Of a stretch of 31,234 nucleotides of DNA, positions 25,661-31,234 are shown one piece after another. The position numbers and the translations under genes were made by a program. The notes under the pieces were generated by a model. That model ran no database searches. It was not told the origin of the DNA and saw nothing but the letters and a program-made list of their open reading frames with translations. The DNA is from an uncultured Candidatus Saccharibacteria bacterium. GTDB taxonomy: Bacteria > Patescibacteriota > Minisyncoccia > Phycocordibacterales > UBA5272. Every line of letters begins with the position of its first letter. The first letter of the stretch is position 1. The stretch covers positions 1 through 31,234 of the forward strand of contig CAZNZP010000001.1 of NCBI GenBank assembly GCA_964577625.1, read 5' to 3'.

Positions 25661-28417
25661 CTATTTTTTCTTATTTTCTTTCAAATTTTCAGCCTGTATT
25701 GGAGAAACTATTTTTTCTTTTTTTATCTTTTTAATTTCAACAGATATTTTTTTATTTATTTCTTTAGAATTTTTGTCTTTTTCTTCTTTGAGATCTACTT
25801 CTACGACATTGTCATAAGTGAGGGAAGTTTTTGAAAAATCAAATTCTAATAAATCCTTTGCTAATTCATTCAAGACATTTGTTTGAATATATCTTTTGAC
25901 TGGTCTTGCTCCATAGTGAGTATCATAAGACGAATCCGCAATGAACTCTCTTGCTTTATCTGAGACAGACAATTTCAACTCTCTTCCTACTAATCTTTTT
26001 TCTAATTCATTGATTTGAAGATCTACAATCTTTCTAATTTCTTCTTTTTTCAAAATATCAAAGATAATAATCTCATCTAATCTATTTAGAAATTCTGGAC
26101 GGAAAAAATCTTTGAGAGATGACATAACTTTTTCTTTTGTTTCTATATAGTCATACTCTTCATCTCCAGCATGACTACTAAATCCATAACTCTCCATTTT
26201 TTGAATATATTGTGAGCCAATATTACTAGTCATGATGATAATAGTATTTTTGAAGTTCACAAATCTTCCTTTACTGTCTCTCAATCTTCCTTCATCTAGT
26301 ACTTGAAGCAAAATATTAAAGACTTCTGGATGAGCTTTTTCAATCTCATCAAAAAGTAGTACGGCATAAGGTCTATGACGAACAGCTTCAGTTAAATGTC
26401 CTGACTCATCATAGCCGACATATCCAGGAGGAGAGCCAATCAATTTAGATACAGAATGCTTTTCCATATATTCACTCATGTCTACTTTGATTAAAGCTTT
26501 TTCATCATTAAACATAAATTCTGCTAAAGCTTTAGAGAGTTCTGTCTTCCCTACTCCTGTCGGACCGAGAAACATAAACGATCCAATTGGGCGATTCGGA
26601 TCACCAATACCGACTCTTGATCTTCGGACTGCATCAGAAATTTTTTCAATAGCTTCTTTTTGTCCAATCACTCTTTTACTGAGTTCATCTTCCATTTTAC
26701 GAAGTTTAACTTGTTCTTCTTCAAGCATTTTAGCTAAAGGTATACCAGTCCAACGAGCGACTACATTTGCAATATCTTCTTCTGTAATCTCTTCTCGCAA
26801 AACTCTTCTATTTTTTTGAATCTTCTTAAGTTTATCCAATTTAGAATTTAAATCTTTAGTGAGTTTAGGTACTTCACTATATTTAATTTCAGCGATTCTT
26901 GCTAAATCTCCTACCGCTTCAAGGTTTTCAGATTCAGTTCTTAAATAATCTAATTTTTTACGAATATCTTTTATGTCTTCCAAAATATTTTTCTCATTAT
27001 TCCAACGAATCTCTAATTCTTTGACACCTTCTTTAATATTCGCAATTTCTTCATCAACTTGCTTAATACGAGATTTCAATTCCACATTTTTACCTTTTGT
27101 CGCCGCCAAATCTTTACTTAAAGCTTCTTTTTCAATTTGAAGTTTCAAAATCTTTCTATGAGCTTCTTCTAAATCAGAAGGTTTATTTTCTAAAGAAATA
27201 CGCATACTGGAAGCTGCTTCGTCTATGAGGTCTACTGCCTTATCCGGAAGAAATCTATTGGTAATATATCGGACAGATAAATTGGTAGCTGCCAATAATG
27301 CATCATCGGTAATACGCACTCCATGAAAGAGTTCGTATTTTTCTTTGAGTCCACGCAAAATTGCTAAAGTGTCTTCTATGGATGGCTCATCTACATAAAT
27401 TGATTGAAATCTTCTAGCGAGCGCAGAATCTTTTTCAATATGCTTTTGATATTCAGAAAGAGTTGTCGCACCGATGACTTTGATTTCTCCTCTCGCGAGT
27501 GCCGGCTTTAAAAGATTAGCCACATCACTTCCACCTTCTGCTGCCCCTGCTCCGACAATAGTATGAATCTCATCAATAAAGAGAATAATTTTTCCTTCAC
27601 TTCTTTCAATCTCTTTCATGATTTGCTTCAACCTCTCTTCAAATTCACCTCGGAATTTTGTACCAGCGATAAGCATACCCAGGTCTAAAAGTACTATCTC
27701 TTTATCTTTTAGAGATTCTGGCACATCTTGCCTAGCTATTCTATTTGCCAAACCTTCCACAATAGCGCTTTTTCCTGTACCTGCATCGCCGATTAAAATC
27801 GGATTATTTTTGGTACGACGAGAAAGGATTTCCATGAGACGCATAATCTCATTATCTCTTCCGATGACTGGATCAAGTTTGTCTTGTCTAGCGAGCTCTG
27901 TCAAATTACGAGTAAATTTGATAAGCCATTTATTTTTCTTTGGTGCTGGAATATTTTCGGAATTAGAATTTTTGAATTCTAAAACTAAATTTCTAACTAC
28001 ATCTTTATCTATTTTAAATTTCTTTACTATTTCTTCTACTTGCTGTCCTCCAGCTTCAAGTATTGCTAGAAAGAGAATTTCTACACCAATGAATTCATCT
28101 TTCATCTCTTTAGAAAGATGTATAGATCTTTCTAAAGTCTGAGCAAAATCTCCAGTCAAATACATTTGTGGAGTTGGTGAAAGTGTGGTCGCTGCTGGGA
28201 AACCTTCAATATTTTCCAAAAGAATATCTAAAAGTAAAACATAATCTACATTCATTCTTTCTAAAATTGGCACGACCATATTATCTTCCTGTAAAAGAAG
28301 ACCGGCAAACAAGTGTATAGAAGACACATGGTTTTGATTTCTTTCCATAGCCAATTGATGGGCTCTATGAATAGCGTCTTTGGCTTTAGTTGTAAAATTG
28401 TTAAATGCTGGAGGCAT
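25661..28417 (-). CDS. clpB: AAA+ chaperone ClpB
   Basis: [28 protein letters not shown], coiled-coil M-domain, [32 protein letters not shown]. Confidence 0.96.
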   Translation of the reverse strand: MPPAFNNFTTKAKDAIHRAHQLAMERNQNHVSSIHLFAGLLLQEDNMVVPILERMNVDYVLLLDILLENIEGFPAATTLSPTPQMYLTGDFAQTLERSIHLSKEMKDEFIGVEILFLAILEAGGQQVEEIVKKFKIDKDVVRNLVLEFKNSNSENIPAPKKNKWLIKFTRNLTELARQDKLDPVIGRDNEIMRLMEILSRRTKNNPILIGDAGTGKSAIVEGLANRIARQDVPESLKDKEIVLLDLGMLIAGTKFRGEFEERLKQIMKEIERSEGKIILFIDEIHTIVGAGAAEGGSDVANLLKPALARGEIKVIGATTLSEYQKHIEKDSALARRFQSIYVDEPSIEDTLAILRGLKEKYELFHGVRITDDALLAATNLSVRYITNRFLPDKAVDLIDEAASSMRISLENKPSDLEEAHRKILKLQIEKEALSKDLAATKGKNVELKSRIKQVDEEIANIKEGVKELEIRWNNEKNILEDIKDIRKKLDYLRTESENLEAVGDLARIAEIKYSEVPKLTKDLNSKLDKLKKIQKNRRVLREEITEEDIANVVARWTGIPLAKMLEEEQVKLRKMEDELSKRVIGQKEAIEKISDAVRRSRVGIGDPNRPIGSFMFLGPTGVGKTELSKALAEFMFNDEKALIKVDMSEYMEKHSVSKLIGSPPGYVGYDESGHLTEAVRHRPYAVLLFDEIEKAHPEVFNILLQVLDEGRLRDSKGRFVNFKNTIIIMTSNIGSQYIQKMESYGFSSHAGDEEYDYIETKEKVMSSLKDFFRPEFLNRLDEIIIFDILKKEEIRKIVDLQINELEKRLVGRELKLSVSDKAREFIADSSYDTHYGARPVKRYIQTNVLNELAKDLLEFDFSKTSLTYDNVVEVDLKEEKDKNSKEINKKISVEIKKIKKEKIVSPIQAENLKENKKK

Positions 28418-28493
28418 AGTTTGTATTGTTTTAGTTATAGATTCAAAAAATATTTTTTGAATCTTACATTTACATAAGTGTATTAATTAATAA

Positions 28494-29072
28494 TTAATTA
28501 TTTTCAAATCTCTCTTCTATTACTTTCCAATTAACATTTTCTAGAAAAGCATCTATATATTCACCCTTTTTGGTACCATAATCTGGAATAAAGGCGTGCT
28601 CAAGCATATCCATACAGAGAAGAATCTTTGAATTAGCAAAAATTCCTGTACTATGCTCCTCAAACCACAAATTAAATAACTTGTCTGTCCCCTCTTCTTT
28701 TACAAGAGCGACCCAGCCAATACCACGAGCAAGTCCAATATTTTTAAATTCTTTTAAGAAGTTTTCAAAACTTCCATAAGTTTCATTTATTTTTTTTACC
28801 AATTTACTTTCCCGATTAATTTCTCCTTTTTCTTTAGAGAGAGATTCAAAATAAATTTCGTGTAATTTCATTCCATTGTATTCCCAGGCAAATCGTCTCT
28901 GTACTTCTGATTTTTCTATACTTCCATCTTCTAATTTCTTTCCGTCAAACTTTTCAAGAATACTATTTACATTTTTAACATATCCCTCATAAAGAGTAAA
29001 GTGAATATTAAGTGCATTATCTGAAAAACCATTCATTCCTAATAAATTTTTATAATCTTTTGCTGTATACAT
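28494..29072 (-). CDS. Fe/Mn superoxide dismutase family protein
   Basis: HFTLYEGYVKN, LHEIYF, GIGWV, DMLEHAF (variant of DxWEHAY); all four metal ligands apparent. Metal specificity not assignable. Confidence 0.88.
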   Translation of the reverse strand: MYTAKDYKNLLGMNGFSDNALNIHFTLYEGYVKNVNSILEKFDGKKLEDGSIEKSEVQRRFAWEYNGMKLHEIYFESLSKEKGEINRESKLVKKINETYGSFENFLKEFKNIGLARGIGWVALVKEEGTDKLFNLWFEEHSTGIFANSKILLCMDMLEHAFIPDYGTKKGEYIDAFLENVNWKVIEERFENN

Positions 29073-29140
29073 ATGTATATATGTTATCACAAAAGATATT
29101 TTTGTTATAAAATGAGTACTAAATTTTTAACAAAAATGAG

Positions 29141-29169
29141 TTGACATAAGTCAAAAAATATGTTAAGCT
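29141..29169 (+). promoter_or_regulatory. Sigma70-like promoter for the OmpA gene, overlapping the divergent sod promoter
   Basis: TTGACA-17-TAAGCT with TG; TTGAC-ATAA-GTCAA palindrome supplies a -35 on both strands. Confidence 0.6.
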
Positions 29170-29216
29170 AAAGCCAGATAGTAAAGTTAGTAATGTACTT
29201 ATAAAAATTAATAAAA

Positions 29217-30575
29217 ATGAAGAAAATTTTATTCCTTTCTTGCCTTTTGGCAGTGACGATGGGTCTAAGTGCTCAAAATCAAAACTTCAATGGATGGCGT
29301 GTTACCGCCAAGGTTGGATTACTGGAAAGTAATCTAAATAAATACTATGGACTTGCTGATGGGATCTGTACTGAAACAGGTCAAGCGTCACAAGTAGAAC
29401 TTGAAAGGTTTCCATTCGGACTCGGAAACGAAAAAAGAAATGGAGCTATAATTGGCGCAGCGCTCGGTCACAACTGGGCGTCAGATAATCTTTTAATTGG
29501 TCTAGAAGGAGGGTTCTATAAAACTTTTATGGAATACGATTTTTATAACCAAAATTGGTTACAAAATATTCCGGAAGGATTGGTGATGACAAATCTAAAT
29601 TTGGATTATCTTGCTGATGCGAGTTTAATCTTGGGAGGAATTGTAGCCGAAAAAGTTTTGATTTATGGAAAAGGTGGTTTCACTGCCGGATACTTCAATC
29701 ATTTAGACAGGGTTAATGTGAGTAATGACAGAGCTTATTATCAAAAGCTTTGGAACCCTGGTTATACTGTTGGTGGTGGCATTAAATATGCTATCAATAA
29801 TCGTTATGCTTTAGGTCTTGAATATGGTTATTCTAAATTTAAAGATCTAAATCAATTGACCTATAATAAAGTAGGACAATGGGAAGGTACTTTTGTTACC
29901 AAACAACATGTGAACTTGCATGCTGTCATGGCAACATTTACAATTGGTCTAGGACAAAAAGTTTCAAAAGTTCCTCGTCCTCGTATAACCACTCCTCCCG
30001 TAATTAAACAACAAAGACAACAAGAGCCCTGTATGGAATGTCCTCCAGAAAGACCGGTGACAACAAAAAGACAAAGACCGGTGGTGGTAAAGGAGATAAT
30101 AAAAGAACGTGAAGTAATTCGCGAAACTATTCGCGAAACCGAAACGAAACACGATTTTGGAAAGCCGGAAGTTGGAAAAATCATAACCTTAAGAGCGATC
30201 TACTATGATTTTGATCAGGACTATATTCGTCCTGACGCAAGACCAGACTTAGATAAAGTTGTAGCATACATGAACGAATATCCTGATATGGAGATAGAAC
30301 TTTCATCCCATACAGATAGTCGTGGTAGCGATAGTTATAACTTGGATTTATCTCAACGTCGTGCCCAAAGCGCTGTGAATTATATTGTCTCTAGAGGAAT
30401 AAGCTCTTGGAGAATTGTAGCTAAAGGATATGGGGAAAGAAGATTGGTAAACAATTGTTCTGATGGTGTTAATTGCTCTGAAGGAGATCATCAAAGTAAT
30501 AGACGCACCGAAATAATGATTACCAAACTCAATGGAAAAACAATTCCTGTAGAATCCAGTTACCGCTCCAGATAA
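29217..30575 (+). CDS. OmpA-family protein: N-terminal outer-membrane beta-barrel plus C-terminal OmpA-like peptidoglycan-binding domain
   Basis: Signal peptide; amphipathic strands (GYTVGGGIKYAINNRYALGLEYGY); IYYDFD..IRPDA, IELSSHTDSRGSDSYNLDLSQRRAQS, KGYGE, C-x5-C, NRRTEI. Confidence 0.92.
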   Translation: MKKILFLSCLLAVTMGLSAQNQNFNGWRVTAKVGLLESNLNKYYGLADGICTETGQASQVELERFPFGLGNEKRNGAIIGAALGHNWASDNLLIGLEGGFYKTFMEYDFYNQNWLQNIPEGLVMTNLNLDYLADASLILGGIVAEKVLIYGKGGFTAGYFNHLDRVNVSNDRAYYQKLWNPGYTVGGGIKYAINNRYALGLEYGYSKFKDLNQLTYNKVGQWEGTFVTKQHVNLHAVMATFTIGLGQKVSKVPRPRITTPPVIKQQRQQEPCMECPPERPVTTKRQRPVVVKEIIKEREVIRETIRETETKHDFGKPEVGKIITLRAIYYDFDQDYIRPDARPDLDKVVAYMNEYPDMEIELSSHTDSRGSDSYNLDLSQRRAQSAVNYIVSRGISSWRIVAKGYGERRLVNNCSDGVNCSEGDHQSNRRTEIMITKLNGKTIPVESSYRSR

Positions 30576-30598
30576 TTAATTCATTTTTAAAAACAATT

Positions 30599-30627
30599 AA
30601 ATAACCCCTTTTTGATAGGGGTTATTT
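30599..30627. terminator. Bidirectional terminator
   Basis: AAATAACCCCT...AGGGGTTATTT. Confidence 0.8.
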
Positions 30628-30658
30628 TTATTTTCTAATTTTTCTAAAAGTCTTTATT

Positions 30659-31234
30659 TTAACTTGATTTATATTTAAAATAAATTTCTTTTAAAATTTT
30701 TGCAAACCTCTTTAAATCTTCTTCTTTAGTTTCAGAGTTTATACTAATACGAATAGTCTCTTTAGCGATTTTAATAGCTTCAGGTTTTTTCTTTTTGTCT
30801 TTATGTAAAGCAAAAATCACATGACTATAATCATCATTTTTTGCACTACAAGCTGATCCAGCAGATATCGCAAAACCTTTTTCATCCAATCTTAAGACCA
30901 TTTCATCAGATGGAAAATCCGGAAGCCAAAGAGAAATATTAGAAGGTATTCTTTTAGCTTCTCTTTCTTCTCTAGCAATACCAACCTTTTCAACTTTCCA
31001 TTCATTTTCATTCCAAGCTCCGTTTAGTTTGGCTTCTGGAATATTTTTAAAAATTTCTTTTAAGAAATTATTTCTTTTAACTGCTATACTTTCTAAAAAC
31101 TTTGCATCTTTAATTTTTTTTTGCGCTTCTTCAAGAGCTACTGAAAGTCCTACTGCTTTTTCAATATCTACAGTACCTGAAAAAATATTTCTTTCTTGTC
31201 CCCCACCAAAATAGCTTCCTAAAATTTTTACATA
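30659..31234 (-). CDS. Cysteine desulfurase (IscS/NifS family), 3' part
   Basis: Frame is open from the window end: GGEQERNIFSGT...RIPSNIS...LDEKGFAISAGSACSA (catalytic Cys)...TIRISI. Confidence 0.9.
   Translation of the reverse strand, partial: YVKILGSYFGGGQERNIFSGTVDIEKAVGLSVALEEAQKKIKDAKFLESIAVKRNNFLKEIFKNIPEAKLNGAWNENEWKVEKVGIAREEREAKRIPSNISLWLPDFPSDEMVLRLDEKGFAISAGSACSAKNDDYSHVIFALHKDKKKKPEAIKIAKETIRISINSETKEEDLKRFAKILKEIYFKYKSS

Noticed and set aside
29139-29168. dif/cer-like Xer site AGTTGACATAA-8-ATATGTTAAGC
   Set aside because: The spacer is 8 bp rather than the 6 bp of chromosomal dif, the XerD arm is mismatched, and the sequence is adequately explained as overlapping divergent promoters.
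739-31234. UGA recoding (code 25), suggested by the absence of TGA stops among called genes
   Set aside because: Long Gly-rich genes translate full-length under code 11 with no in-frame TGA, and TAA preference is expected at this AT content.

Overview
AT-rich bacterial chromosome segment, almost certainly Patescibacteria/CPR of the Parcubacteria type. The lineage call rests on lepB-hisS-bS21-ybeY-ftsA-ftsZ synteny, a short AspRS, a stand-alone VirD4-like ATPase, CAP and PG-binding surface proteins, extended -10 promoters and little obvious Shine-Dalgarno signal. It uses the standard genetic code. The backbone is housekeeping: ftsK, recA, rpsA, pth, lepB, hisS, rpsU-like, ybeY, ftsA, ftsZ, trxB, aspS, clpB, sod, a partial cysteine desulfurase and four tRNAs (Glu, Asp, fMet, second CAU). 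Four signals are not explained by these genes. (1) A dense TGTCYTTT octamer array with a 17-bp palindrome and a perfect DnaA box lies between ftsK and a divergent uncharacterised gene missed by the ORF track. (2) A ~335-nt promoter-to-terminator unit upstream of recA has no sizeable ORF and a pseudoknotted structure. (3) A Bacteroidota-like beta-barrel/OmpA gene sits in a lineage reported to lack an outer membrane. (4) A miniature element is bounded by direct and inverted copies of the tRNA-Glu 3' end. No CRISPR array, integrase or transposase is visible. All calls are by eye; no database searches were run.
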